DNA from: a virus
Lineage: Duplodnaviria; Caudoviricetes
Virus record (IMG/VR): IMGVR_UViG_3300021408_000087
Coordinates: 1-31,303 of that record
Reading direction: 5' to 3' (one strand)
Length of the DNA stretch: 31,303 bases
A program made the position numbers and the translations under genes. Of the stretch, positions 1 through 9,057 are shown piece after piece; position 1 is the stretch's first letter; the number at the start of each line of letters is the position of its first letter. The notes under the pieces were generated by a model. It worked only from the letters and a program-made list of their open reading frames with translations. It ran no database searches and was not told the origin of the DNA.

Positions 1-2
1 CC

Positions 3-482
3 TGCAGATGCAGCAACTTGGTTTGCTCCCTGTGCCATCTGCACCTTAGAAGTAACTGCCGCTGGATCAACTTCACTCATGGTCATGAGCGTAAGATCTG
101 AATCAGCAACAGCAAGAGCTGTAGTAAGAGCAGTTTCTGGATAGAGAGTGAGGGTAGTAGCGTTGTTGGTTCGAATTTTGAATGTCTGACCACGCCCGGT
201 ACCGTCATCAACTACACCAATGCCGTCTTCAAAAGCGCCTGTTGTCATGGTTGAAGCTGCACGAGATAGGTACACGATTCTTCCTTGGTTGTCAGTACTT
301 GAAGACCAAAGGTCTGCTGAAGTAACTGCGTCTGGAACACACACCGCACTGTTGAAAGCAATGCTGTTGAACTTCACAAACTGCCATTCACGGCCGTCAG
401 GGGTAGCGGCACGTTGTCCGAGTTTGAACTCGCCGCGAGCTGTGATTGTGTTGTAAACGCTTTGGAATGAAATTGTATTCAT
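3..482 (-). CDS. Virion structural protein (capsid decoration/cement-like), truncated by the window edge
   Basis: Not in the ORF track. Manual translation from ATG at 482 gives MNTISFQSVYNTITARGEFKLGQRAATPDGREWQFVKF..., open to the window start. Ala/Thr/Gly-rich, two genes after the capsid. Confidence 0.6.
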   Translation of the reverse strand, partial: MNTISFQSVYNTITARGEFKLGQRAATPDGREWQFVKFNSIAFNSAVCVPDAVTSADLWSSSTDNQGRIVYLSRAASTMTTGAFEDGIGVVDDGTGRGQTFKIRTNNATTLTLYPETALTTALAVADSDLTLMTMSEVDPAAVTSKVQMAQGANQVAASA

Positions 483-543
483 GGTTTTTTCAGGCTTTGA
501 TTCTTAGTCTCTGCCTATTTGGGACAACGTCCCTTATTGTTAA

Positions 544-1029
544 TTACGCTTCTTTCGTCACCACACCGGCTCGTCCGACGACGACCCAGCTGGTTCCGTT
601 GCAGTACACATCGGCATAATTGCCGATCACTCCTGCAATGTTTACGTACTTTCCTGCAACACCTGATCCATCAAGAAAGATGGATTCAGTGCCGGCAGGG
701 TCTAATCGAACGATCTGCGCTACGGTAAGTCCTACATGGAGCGTGTACCCTGTCAGTCCTGAGACAGCAGGGAGCGTCAATGTGATCGTTCCGGAAGCTC
801 CAGTGTTCGTGACGTTCGTGTTCAGGTTCGCCGCCACAAGCGTTGCATCCCCTGTGTATGCAGTAGGAGCTACGCTTGGCGCAACGATCGGATACACAGT
901 GCCGTTTATCGTTGCCACAGGCCCTGCAAGTGTCGTCGTTCCTGAGAAGTTGACGTCCTTTGCGGTATTGAGGCCGTGGAATTTAACGATCGGCAGTGCA
1001 TCTTCAATTTTGTAGTCAATTTCAGCCAT
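544..1029 (-). CDS. Virion structural protein, beta-rich (head decoration or fibre-like)
   Basis: 161 aa, Thr/Gly/Ala/Val-rich, with a TITLTLPA...YCNGTSWVVVG module typical of phage fibre/decoration proteins; follows the capsid gene. Confidence 0.55.
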   Translation of the reverse strand: MAEIDYKIEDALPIVKFHGLNTAKDVNFSGTTTLAGPVATINGTVYPIVAPSVAPTAYTGDATLVAANLNTNVTNTGASGTITLTLPAVSGLTGYTLHVGLTVAQIVRLDPAGTESIFLDGSGVAGKYVNIAGVIGNYADVYCNGTSWVVVGRAGVVTKEA

Positions 1030-1081
1030 TTTTTTTGGTTCCCTCTTTGAACTGAATCAAGTAAAAGGATTAGGTTAATAA

Positions 1082-1219
1082 CTACGCCGATGCCGCAATG
1101 AGTCCTGCAGCAGGAAGTTCGATCTCTTCCTTCGGCTCTTCGACGATCACTTCCTCTTCAGCAGATTCCTCCACTGGTTCAGATTCGATTGCTTCTTCAG
1201 CTTTTATTTCTTCACTCAT
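1082..1219 (-). CDS. Small acidic hypothetical protein (45 aa)
   Basis: Manual translation MSEEIKAEEAIESEPVEESAEEEVIVEEPKEEIELPAAGLIAASA; ATG lies 1 nt after the capsid stop. Confidence 0.6.
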   Translation of the reverse strand: MSEEIKAEEAIESEPVEESAEEEVIVEEPKEEIELPAAGLIAASA

Positions 1220-1220
1220 A

Positions 1221-2279
1221 TTATTGAGCTGCTGCTAGCTGACCTTGTAATCGAGGCTCTGTAGCAACGAAGTTACCGGCATAGATGAGGTATCCAACCT
1301 TTGTAAGCTGGTCTACTGGGCTCATCATCTTTCGGAACTGGAAGCCACGGGTGCTCTTCACGTTTCCTGGCACTCCGCTTGGGACTGCATCGGATGTCTT
1401 CTTGAAGTTCGCTGTCATGATGTTTTCATCCTGATAGTTGAATCCAACGAATCCGAATCCTTTCGAGTTCACAAGGAAGAACTTTCCTGATGGAACCTGC
1501 TCATCTTTGGCGATCGGTGTGCCTCGGAATGTGAGGTACACGAATCCCTGTTGTCCGCCGAGACCTGGAGTAGTTGGCACTCCTCCCCAAGCGTTCATGC
1601 GTGGATAGCCTGACGTTGAGAAGTTAGCGCGTACTGAAGGTGTAAGGAGGCTTTCGTATGTCGACCAGATCGCCTTTGTAGTGAGGGCGATGTCTGGTGA
1701 ATCGACACCGATTGTCACTGCATCGTCTGCGGTCGCAAGTTTTGCAAGTGTCAATGCTCCTGTTGCAGCGAGGTAGTACCCGCTCCATGCGGTATATGTT
1801 GATCGTGAAAGATCGCCATAGGTTGCAAAGAGGGTCGAGTCTGCTGCTGCGTTTGCAAGAGAGTCCCAGTCGTTCCCTGTCCCGTTTCCGGTATAGAGGT
1901 TCTGGGCCATAAGGTTCATAAGCGACTGAGCCTGAGAATCGAATTCAGTGTCAAGGAGGTCGACGATCTGCTCGTCTCCCATGTTCGCTGTCGTTTCTGC
2001 AATCGCTACCACAACTGGCTTGTTAGCCGCTTTGAGGTTGAAATTGGCCTGTACGCGAACATTCTGTCGGTCAGTATCAAGCTTGTCGGCAATACCCATG
2101 TTTCCACCGTTAGTGGTGTCTGCGTATTTGATGCCGAACTTATAAGAAGTACCTGATTTCCATTCCTTCGGTTTCTGTAGGAAGGTCATCAAACCTGGAG
2201 TTCCTGTAGTTACCTGATCGTAAATATCAGGCAGGATTTTCTCTCGTGTTGTTGTCGTTACCGCTGCATTAAATATCAT
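1221..2279 (-). CDS. Major capsid protein (HK97 fold)
   Basis: 352 aa directly after the scaffold; motifs such as IVDLLDTEFDSQAQSL, NLYTGNGTG, LTFRGTPIAKDEQVPSG and a C-terminal EPRLQGQL resemble podovirus-type coat proteins. Confidence 0.85.
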   Translation of the reverse strand: MIFNAAVTTTTREKILPDIYDQVTTGTPGLMTFLQKPKEWKSGTSYKFGIKYADTTNGGNMGIADKLDTDRQNVRVQANFNLKAANKPVVVAIAETTANMGDEQIVDLLDTEFDSQAQSLMNLMAQNLYTGNGTGNDWDSLANAAADSTLFATYGDLSRSTYTAWSGYYLAATGALTLAKLATADDAVTIGVDSPDIALTTKAIWSTYESLLTPSVRANFSTSGYPRMNAWGGVPTTPGLGGQQGFVYLTFRGTPIAKDEQVPSGKFFLVNSKGFGFVGFNYQDENIMTANFKKTSDAVPSGVPGNVKSTRGFQFRKMMSPVDQLTKVGYLIYAGNFVATEPRLQGQLAAAQ

Positions 2280-2298
2280 GTTTTGTAATTACTGCGTA

Positions 2299-3003
2299 TT
2301 ACCCTGTCCCTTTCAATGCGCGGAGATACTCCACTGCACTGCTGAATTGGCTAGGATCGAGCTTCTGTCCTGATGCTCCCGGAGTGACACTCACGGGATC
2401 AACGCGCTTTGCGATGTTTGCAGCCGTTGTGGTCTGCACCTTCTTCACTGTCTCAGCCATGTCTTTCATGTTCTGATGCGCGAGCTTCAGGTCTTTGAAG
2501 CCGTACTTGTTGGCATGGAGGAATAGGGCGTTTTCATTGAGTGTTGGATCAGTTGTCTTGATCTCGGCTAGCTGTGACGCTACCTGATTCTCGATGGCCT
2601 GATACTGCTCAGCTTTTGCCTTCTCCTTGCCTTCAAATTCCTGGATAGCCTCTTGTTTGGCGAGCTCTATGGCCTCTGCCCAAGTCTGTGGCTGCCAATT
2701 TGGGTCGGTATAGGGTTTTTGTGCAGGTTCGTTAGATGTTGGTAATTTCCCTTTTTCTAGCTCCGCTAGAGTCTGGGATTTGCGAGTATAGTCGGACAAG
2801 AGGTTCTTATATTCCTGAGCGACTGTCTCTGCATCAACCTTTCTGCCGTCAGGCAACTCGAATAGTTCGGGTGCTGTAGGCTCAGTTGGTTGCACTGGCT
2901 CCATTGGTTCAGCAGGAGTGGCTGTTTCTGTAGGTTCGCTTGGTGCTTCCGCCGGCACATTGCCGTTGTCTTCACTGGGAACCACTTCAATTGTTTCTTC
3001 CAT
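2299..3003 (-). CDS. Capsid scaffolding protein
   Basis: 234 aa; acidic Pro-rich N-terminus, DYTRKSQTLAE motif common in scaffolds, helical; lies between portal and capsid. Confidence 0.8.
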   Translation of the reverse strand: MEETIEVVPSEDNGNVPAEAPSEPTETATPAEPMEPVQPTEPTAPELFELPDGRKVDAETVAQEYKNLLSDYTRKSQTLAELEKGKLPTSNEPAQKPYTDPNWQPQTWAEAIELAKQEAIQEFEGKEKAKAEQYQAIENQVASQLAEIKTTDPTLNENALFLHANKYGFKDLKLAHQNMKDMAETVKKVQTTTAANIAKRVDPVSVTPGASGQKLDPSQFSSAVEYLRALKGTG

Positions 3004-3081
3004 ATTTGTCTCGATTGCCCTTTTATCGACTTGGTCTTTCGACTGAAGATAAATTGCTTGATCTTATTAGCTGCTAAATAT

Positions 3082-3160
3082 ATTACTCACTAAGAGCTGG
3101 AGTCGATCATGTTCGTCTAATCGAAAGGTGTTCATTTGACTCCAGATTTTAATGAGCAAT
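3082..3160 (-). other. Long intergenic stem-loop between portal and scaffold
   Basis: Minus strand ATTGCTCATTAA/TTAGTGAGTAAT (12 bp, 2 G-U) encloses CTGGAGTC/GACTCCAG (8 bp). Confidence 0.55.
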
Positions 3161-3192
3161 TGTGGGTTTACCGACATCACGGGTCGAGGTTG

Positions 3193-5040
3193 TTACTGCA
3201 CCGGAACTGGTTCAACCTGTGGTTGCATTTCTTGTGGTGCTATCTCAGGTGCTGTAGCAGCCACTTGTTCCGGGGTAAGACCGCCTGGTTGGAATGGAAG
3301 TGGCATTTCATTCATAGGAAGACCTACCGCTTCAACAGGGTTTTGTTTATAGAGCACATTGTTCTGTGCTAGTTCTTTTGCATTGTCATACTGAGCAATT
3401 TCCAAGTAATCTGCAGGAGAGATAAACCCATTCAACACATCGTTTTGTGCCTGTTCAAACTTGAATTCGTCATCTTTAGGGAGTGTTTTCCCTGCAATAA
3501 TGGTAATTTCGGAACCATCTTCGAAGTCATCTTGGATAAGTTCAATCATTTCTCGCGCTCCTTCTTTGCCCAACCATTTCGCATAGTGGTATTCGGTATA
3601 TCGAGTCTTAGCGAGTTGCATGCCCCAATCAAACATTTCCTTACATACATAATCGACAACCTGTACAAGCTCATTGAGACGCAAATAAGACTGCTGAATA
3701 AGAGCAAGTCGCCCTGCTTTGGTTTCTTGCCCTTCTCGTTCACCACGAAAGGCAGAAGTTGCAGCCATGATGTTGTCAATTTCTTGACGTGAATCGTTCA
3801 TGTCGTCAAATACCATTGCAGGAAGCGGAGTTCCTGTTTCTCGAGTCACACCATCTTTTACTCCCTTACCCCAAATGATGCCCTTTGTTTCCCATCGAAT
3901 ACGTTGTGCATCTGATTTGCCCATTACCTCAGCATCAACTTTGATGATTCCATTCACTAGTTCGCAGTTCTCATCAATATCCATCTTTCGCTTATCAATA
4001 CCCTTCTGAAGTTCAGCGGAAAGTGTAATCATGTCAGTACGACCGATTGGAGAGTTTTCATTATTAAAAATAGTTGCAAAGATATACGGTTTTCTTGGAT
4101 TATCAAAATAGTTAAAGAGATATGGTTTATATTGCACAGGAGCTTCTTGTTCAGCATATTCACCTTCAACCTCTTCTTCAGGTGTTGCAGGAGCAACCAT
4201 CGCTTGTTTACGCTGATCTTGTTCAAGTTTGATTGATTGCAATTTCTCACGTCGTCCTGGTCCTTCCAGTGTTTTTAGTTCTTCTTCTTCCTCATCAGTG
4301 ATTAAAATACCGTCCCAATCCCAATATGGATTCTTAATGGTGTCAAGAATAATATTGTCGAGTTTGAAAATAACATAATCGCCTATCCATGCTTCCTTGT
4401 ATTTGACATCAGGGTTTTTAATATAGAGTTGCGTTTCGTCAGTGATGCCATATTTATCCATCAATTCTTGTTTCTTTTCAGGAAATCGTTCAATAACTGA
4501 ACAGAGATTGTCATCAATTTCCTCAATAGCAAACTCAGAGTCCTGCTCCTTTGTCGAATGCTTGCCAAAACGGACTTTGCGAGGATCAACTACACGAAAA
4601 TCGAAGTCATTGATGATAGGATTCCAAAATGGTTTAACGACTAAAATTCTTGAAAAATAAAGGTTTCTTAGTCCTTTTCGGAGTGTTTCTTTTGTATTTA
4701 AGTCAACGTATTTCTTAGATAAGAAACTTTCAAGTTTTCGAGCAAAGTCTTGGGCAATTTCTCCTTCACGAGAAGGCAATATGTTAATACCTGGAGGATT
4801 AGCAATGAGGGAATTGATTACCGCTTCCATGTTCACGAAGATGCGGTTCGCTTGCACAATGTAGTTCTGACGGCGGAATGGAATGAATTGAAGCCACTGT
4901 GACTGGTTTGAGTAGATAGCGGTGTTTGTCTTATAGGTTCGCTCAACAACATCCCATACCTCAGATGAGGAAGACCACCGTGCTTCCACGAGTTTCGCTT
5001 TACTATCTTCATCCAAGGCTTTTATATCTATTTTTGACAT
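3193..5040 (-). CDS. Portal protein (P22-like)
   Basis: About 615 aa between terL and scaffold; ANRIFVNMEAVINSL, RVVDPRKVRF, and GQETKAGRLALIQQSYLRL match portal-type motifs. Start moved to MSKIDIK at 5040 because the upstream extension overlaps a terminator. Confidence 0.85.
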   Translation of the reverse strand: MSKIDIKALDEDSKAKLVEARWSSSSEVWDVVERTYKTNTAIYSNQSQWLQFIPFRRQNYIVQANRIFVNMEAVINSLIANPPGINILPSREGEIAQDFARKLESFLSKKYVDLNTKETLRKGLRNLYFSRILVVKPFWNPIINDFDFRVVDPRKVRFGKHSTKEQDSEFAIEEIDDNLCSVIERFPEKKQELMDKYGITDETQLYIKNPDVKYKEAWIGDYVIFKLDNIILDTIKNPYWDWDGILITDEEEEELKTLEGPGRREKLQSIKLEQDQRKQAMVAPATPEEEVEGEYAEQEAPVQYKPYLFNYFDNPRKPYIFATIFNNENSPIGRTDMITLSAELQKGIDKRKMDIDENCELVNGIIKVDAEVMGKSDAQRIRWETKGIIWGKGVKDGVTRETGTPLPAMVFDDMNDSRQEIDNIMAATSAFRGEREGQETKAGRLALIQQSYLRLNELVQVVDYVCKEMFDWGMQLAKTRYTEYHYAKWLGKEGAREMIELIQDDFEDGSEITIIAGKTLPKDDEFKFEQAQNDVLNGFISPADYLEIAQYDNAKELAQNNVLYKQNPVEAVGLPMNEMPLPFQPGGLTPEQVAATAPEIAPQEMQPQVEPVPVQ

Positions 5041-5048
5041 GGGGAAAT

Positions 5049-5085
5049 AAAAAAAGCGGCACAAACAAGTAAATGTCTGTGCCGC
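5049..5085 (-). terminator. Intrinsic terminator-like hairpin immediately upstream of the portal ATG
   Basis: Minus strand GCGGCACAGACA-TTTACT-TGTTTGTGCCGC followed by T7. Confidence 0.7.
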
Positions 5086-5123
5086 CGTATGTTCGGTTGG
5101 GCGTTCTCTATTTAATTACACCT

Positions 5124-5164
5124 AGTATACAACCAATGATATGGCAAGTGCAACATGTGGATAA
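5124..5164 (-). promoter_or_regulatory. Sigma70-type promoter with adjacent DnaA box
   Basis: Minus strand TTATCCACA (5156-5164), then TTGCAC (5148-5153), 18 nt, TATACT (5124-5129). Confidence 0.55.
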
Positions 5165-5473
5165 CTATTTCTCATATAATTTTAAATAAAGTAACGCCAC
5201 TGCCTCTTCTGGGGTGGAGCCTTTTGCTCGTACATCACCTAAAGAAGATGGGTGTCTTCGTGCTTGTGCGTGCCATTGTGTCTTTTCATTCTTGAGCCAT
5301 CTGAAATAAATTCCTTTTGGTTCATTTCCACATTCCTGTATAAGCTCTGAGAGGGTGGGTTCTGTAGGCTTTTGATATGTAACTCCTTGGTACTCAATTT
5401 CATTCAATAAATCCTCTAGTTTTTGCGGAAACCCTGCATCTTTAAGGGACTTACATATTTCGTAGTTAAGCAT
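5165..5473 (-). CDS. Hypothetical phage protein, AT-rich insertion between terL and portal
   Basis: Likely start MLNYEICKSLKDAGFPQ; PTLSELIQECG and GSTPEEAVALLYL motifs resemble a recurrent small phage protein family (possibly ABA-sandwich-like). Confidence 0.6.
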   Translation of the reverse strand: MLNYEICKSLKDAGFPQKLEDLLNEIEYQGVTYQKPTEPTLSELIQECGNEPKGIYFRWLKNEKTQWHAQARRHPSSLGDVRAKGSTPEEAVALLYLKLYEK

Positions 5474-5596
5474 TCTATAATTCTTTATTATCATAAATAT
5501 GGAACTTATAAGGTCTTTACTATCAATCCCAATAGACGAAAGGGGTATAATAAGATTATGCTTCCTATAAACCATATAATTAGTGTATGCATTATT

Positions 5597-5809
5597 TTAT
5601 CTCTTAAATATAACTTCCTCTTTGGTGATATTCTCTAATAATCCCCCTTTGAAATTAAGGGTTGTCTTCCCATATTGTACATCAAATACTCCATTATTTA
5701 TCAAAACCATGAATGTATCATAATACTTCTGGAACTTCTTGAACCGCTCCGCCTCTTCTTCGGTCAAGATGATTGTGACATTTTGTACCGTAGTTATTAC
5801 TTCGTTCAT
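5597..5809 (-). CDS. Hypothetical protein
   Basis: ATGA overlap with the terL stop (MNEVITT...), 70 aa. Confidence 0.6.
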   Translation of the reverse strand: MNEVITTVQNVTIILTEEEAERFKKFQKYYDTFMVLINNGVFDVQYGKTTLNFKGGLLENITKEEVIFKR

Positions 5810-7368
5810 TGGTTGTTCTCTGCCCACATATTGGTCACATCGTATATGCTATCAGCACCAAGCACACTCGGAAGATCGGCTTGGGTTACTTCTCCAAAGA
5901 ACGTTCCTGATCCAGTACCGAGCATAGCCAAATAGCTGTACAAATCAGCAAAGACATAGTGGTCTTCCCCCGTTGTTGATTCCCATACATAGCGCTCAAT
6001 CCCTTTATTATTGACCACTTTCTCGCGTCTCAGTGTCTCATAGTGCTTGATGTAGAGCTGGAACTCCTTGTCTGTAGCAACCCCAATTAAATGCTTTGCT
6101 TCAACCATGTCGGTCAAATGCCTATCGAGTATGCGGTCCCGGTGCGAATATACAATTCCTTTCTTGTCTCCCTCTCCCCACCACACGATGGTCTGAGGAT
6201 TGTTGTTGTTTTCCATAAAGAAGGACATCTTCATGAACCGATACGTATCAACATAGTGCTTTGCAGCAGTGTTGTCAGGCATTGCATCGATGACACCGCT
6301 TGTAGGCTTCCAGAATTCGATTATAGCGTCTAACTCACTCCAATTGGAAAACCTCCCTATCTTGAGCAATCCCTTCTCTGAACGTATTACATAGTGCTTG
6401 ATGTTACCTACGTCCACTCCAAGGAACACATTACCTGTTGCAAGGTCTTTTGGAGTCCATAGGTCAAGAATAGTAGTCTTAGAGACACTCAAGTCTCCTG
6501 GGCTGTATGCCTTTCCAAGTACGAAGTTGTTGAAGTATGCAGGATCTCCCATAGAATCCTCGATGACCTCTTCTGCGCTGATCCAAGGGCACATCAAATG
6601 GGAAATGTGGTATCCACTTATCTTTCTTCCTGGCATTTGTGCAACCCATTTGCCTTGTCTGCGAACATCATCTGCGATCGGTTCCTTGCAAGCTCTGCAA
6701 ACGTAACATTTTTTTTCAATGTCAATGCTTTCAGGCCATGAGAGGAAATGCTCATCTCCGCAATGAGGACACGTAATAGTCCATTCTTTCATATCACTCT
6801 TATTCCATGCCAAATCAAGTTCATCTCGCTCTGTTCCAGGGTTTGAGAACAGCCATCTGCCTTTGTATTGGGAAGCTTTGGTACGTGATTTATAGGTCTC
6901 AATTGCTCCTTGATCAGAACGTGAGATCTCATCGTGAATGAGCAGGTCTGCAGTGGTTGAGATAGCAGCAGTCTTTGAATTGGTACCTTTGAAGAATATG
7001 AACCGATCGTTGAACTCCTTACGCTCGACGTTGTCAGTCTGCATGCCCTTGAACTCATGGATATTCGATTGCACTATCTTGTTGAACTTAGAAGATACGA
7101 ACTCGTTCACATCAGAGTCAGAAGACATCGTATAGATGACGTTGAAATGCAAATGCTTGATGGCAAAGAGCGATTTGATTGAGAACGTGACGGATTTCCC
7201 CACCTGCGCACACGCTGTTACAGAAATGTTTGGACTGAAATCGATAAGAATGTCAATGAGGAACGGTCGGTCTCTGAAGTCAAAGGCCTCTCCCTTCTCA
7301 TTGACGATATTCTCTGAGACGATCCAGTCTAGGATTGAATAGTATTGTTTATCTTGTTTTTGTGGCAT
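5806..7368 (-). CDS. terL: Terminase large subunit, GpA-like
   Basis: Deviant Walker A CAQVGKS, Walker B LLIHDE, motif III FSNP, Zn finger CPHC...CRAC, nuclease GVDVG and C-terminal DHYVFAD. Confidence 0.9.
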   Translation of the reverse strand: MPQKQDKQYYSILDWIVSENIVNEKGEAFDFRDRPFLIDILIDFSPNISVTACAQVGKSVTFSIKSLFAIKHLHFNVIYTMSSDSDVNEFVSSKFNKIVQSNIHEFKGMQTDNVERKEFNDRFIFFKGTNSKTAAISTTADLLIHDEISRSDQGAIETYKSRTKASQYKGRWLFSNPGTERDELDLAWNKSDMKEWTITCPHCGDEHFLSWPESIDIEKKCYVCRACKEPIADDVRRQGKWVAQMPGRKISGYHISHLMCPWISAEEVIEDSMGDPAYFNNFVLGKAYSPGDLSVSKTTILDLWTPKDLATGNVFLGVDVGNIKHYVIRSEKGLLKIGRFSNWSELDAIIEFWKPTSGVIDAMPDNTAAKHYVDTYRFMKMSFFMENNNNPQTIVWWGEGDKKGIVYSHRDRILDRHLTDMVEAKHLIGVATDKEFQLYIKHYETLRREKVVNNKGIERYVWESTTGEDHYVFADLYSYLAMLGTGSGTFFGEVTQADLPSVLGADSIYDVTNMWAENNQ

Positions 7369-7526
7369 TTCTTATCAATGGCGTACCAAGTCTCATTATT
7401 CGGGTTACAGAACTCACATAGTCCTTTTGTTTCAGCATGGGGATTTCCTATATCGCACCAGTAATCCCCATAGAATTTTCCAGTTCCATATTCAGCTTTA
7501 CAACACTCACAGTTCCTAGTTATCAT
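7329..7526 (-). CDS. Small Cys-rich (Zn-binding) hypothetical protein
   Basis: 65 aa with CECC and CEFC; overlaps both the groEL stop and the terL start. Confidence 0.5.
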   Translation of the reverse strand: MITRNCECCKAEYGTGKFYGDYWCDIGNPHAETKGLCEFCNPNNETWYAIDKKCHKNKINNTIQS

Positions 7527-9057
7527 CTTCTTTTCCTTCTAATACGATTGCTGTCTCAATGGACACTAAGGAGCTTGTGATCGCTACCGCTGATTCCAGC
7601 GCTAGTCTTACCACTTTGAATGGGTCGATGATGCCTGAATTGAACATATTTACTTCTGTTTTGCTTCTGAAATCAATACCACTTTCACCTGAAGGTAGAG
7701 CCAGGGAAGGATTTACAACATTTGCATTTTTACACATTTGTTCAAACGGTATACACAAAGCGTTTCGAAACATTTGATCATCATGTTTCATTGCTGCATT
7801 GTAAAGAGCTACTCCACCACCAGCCAATATTCCCTCCTGTAACGCAGCCTGCGTGGCATTCACAGCATTGTCGAACTTATACTTCTTTGCATTGAATTCG
7901 GTATCAGTGTATGCACCGACTCGAATCACTCCGATTCCACCTGTCAATTGCGCTAGGCGCTCTTCTAACATGACTTTTTGGTATTCAGATGTAGTTGCTT
8001 CAATATCACTTTCAATGCTTTCTATACGAGCTTGTAGTACTTCTCCTGACTTGCCACCGATGATGACTGTCGAATCTTTAGTAACAATGACCTTCTCAGC
8101 CCTCCCACATAAAGATACATCAGCTGTGTCAAGCTTCATACCCATCTCCTCTGAGATGACAGTTGCGCCGGTGAGTGCGGCCATGTCAAAGAGGAATTCA
8201 CGGGCTCTTGATCCTGTATACGGATTAGGAACGCATGCAATGTTTGCTATCTTATTCTGTGCATTGTATGCAAGCGTACCAAGTGCTACACCATCGATTG
8301 CATCAGCAATGAAGATAATGTCTTTCCCTGTACCAATGGTCTTAAGCAGATTCAATATCTGCTCATTGGTGCTTATTTTACGGTCCACAAGAACAATGTA
8401 TGGTTCTTCAAGTACGCAACTCTGTGTTGCATGGTCTGTAATGAAGTATGGAGATACCAAGCCTTTGTCAAACTTAGCTCCTTTCACCACTTCCTTTGAG
8501 TATCCGTGCTTTGAACCCTTTTCTACAGTAATAACACCATTGACACCTACTTCTTTGATGATCTCTGCGATGACCTTAGCTATTTCAGGATCAAGTGATG
8601 AGATTGTTGCGATTTTCTCTATGTCTTCCTCAGATACCTCTCGCTTCATCTTCGATAGCTCTATAAGCGTTTCTTCAAGACCTTTTTCTAATCGTTCTCT
8701 GACCTCTCTGATTTTGGAACTATCGTTGGAGATTTCCTTGAACGCTTCCGCGACAAGAGCCTGCGTAAGAACAGTTGTCGTTGCCGTTCCATCTCCTCCT
8801 TCGTTTGAAGTGCGGATTGCGGCCTTTCTAAGTTTTTGTAGTCCCAAATTCTCATAATGGTCTTTGAAATGTAAGTTCTTAAGGATTGTCACACCATCAT
8901 CACACTCCATAGGGTCAAGCCCAGGGAATTCAATGATTGCTGACATACCCACTGCGCCAAGGGTAGGCCTAACTGCATCAGCAGCTTTATCTATCCCTGC
9001 TTTTATCTTCATGCGTGCCTCGTGTCCGAATGTTATTTCTTTATTCTGTTCTCCCAT
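7516..9057 (-). CDS. groEL: Chaperonin GroEL (Cpn60), divergent phage-encoded
   Basis: DDGVTIL, GDGTATTTVL, GVITVE, GAKFDKG, ERLAQLTGGIGVIRVGA, EGILAGGGVAL, GIIDP; 513 aa, no GGM tail. Confidence 0.95.
   Translation of the reverse strand: MGEQNKEITFGHEARMKIKAGIDKAADAVRPTLGAVGMSAIIEFPGLDPMECDDGVTILKNLHFKDHYENLGLQKLRKAAIRTSNEGGDGTATTTVLTQALVAEAFKEISNDSSKIREVRERLEKGLEETLIELSKMKREVSEEDIEKIATISSLDPEIAKVIAEIIKEVGVNGVITVEKGSKHGYSKEVVKGAKFDKGLVSPYFITDHATQSCVLEEPYIVLVDRKISTNEQILNLLKTIGTGKDIIFIADAIDGVALGTLAYNAQNKIANIACVPNPYTGSRAREFLFDMAALTGATVISEEMGMKLDTADVSLCGRAEKVIVTKDSTVIIGGKSGEVLQARIESIESDIEATTSEYQKVMLEERLAQLTGGIGVIRVGAYTDTEFNAKKYKFDNAVNATQAALQEGILAGGGVALYNAAMKHDDQMFRNALCIPFEQMCKNANVVNPSLALPSGESGIDFRSKTEVNMFNSGIIDPFKVVRLALESAVAITSSLVSIETAIVLEGKEDDN

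Noticed and set aside
1200-1240. Programmed frameshift extending the capsid into the acidic ORF
   Set aside because: No slippery heptamer before the stop, and the downstream ORF has its own ATG.
7853-8857. 334-aa plus-strand ORF and the many other plus-strand ORFs in the track
   Set aside because: Antisense shadows of clear minus-strand genes, with Ser-rich composition and no motifs.
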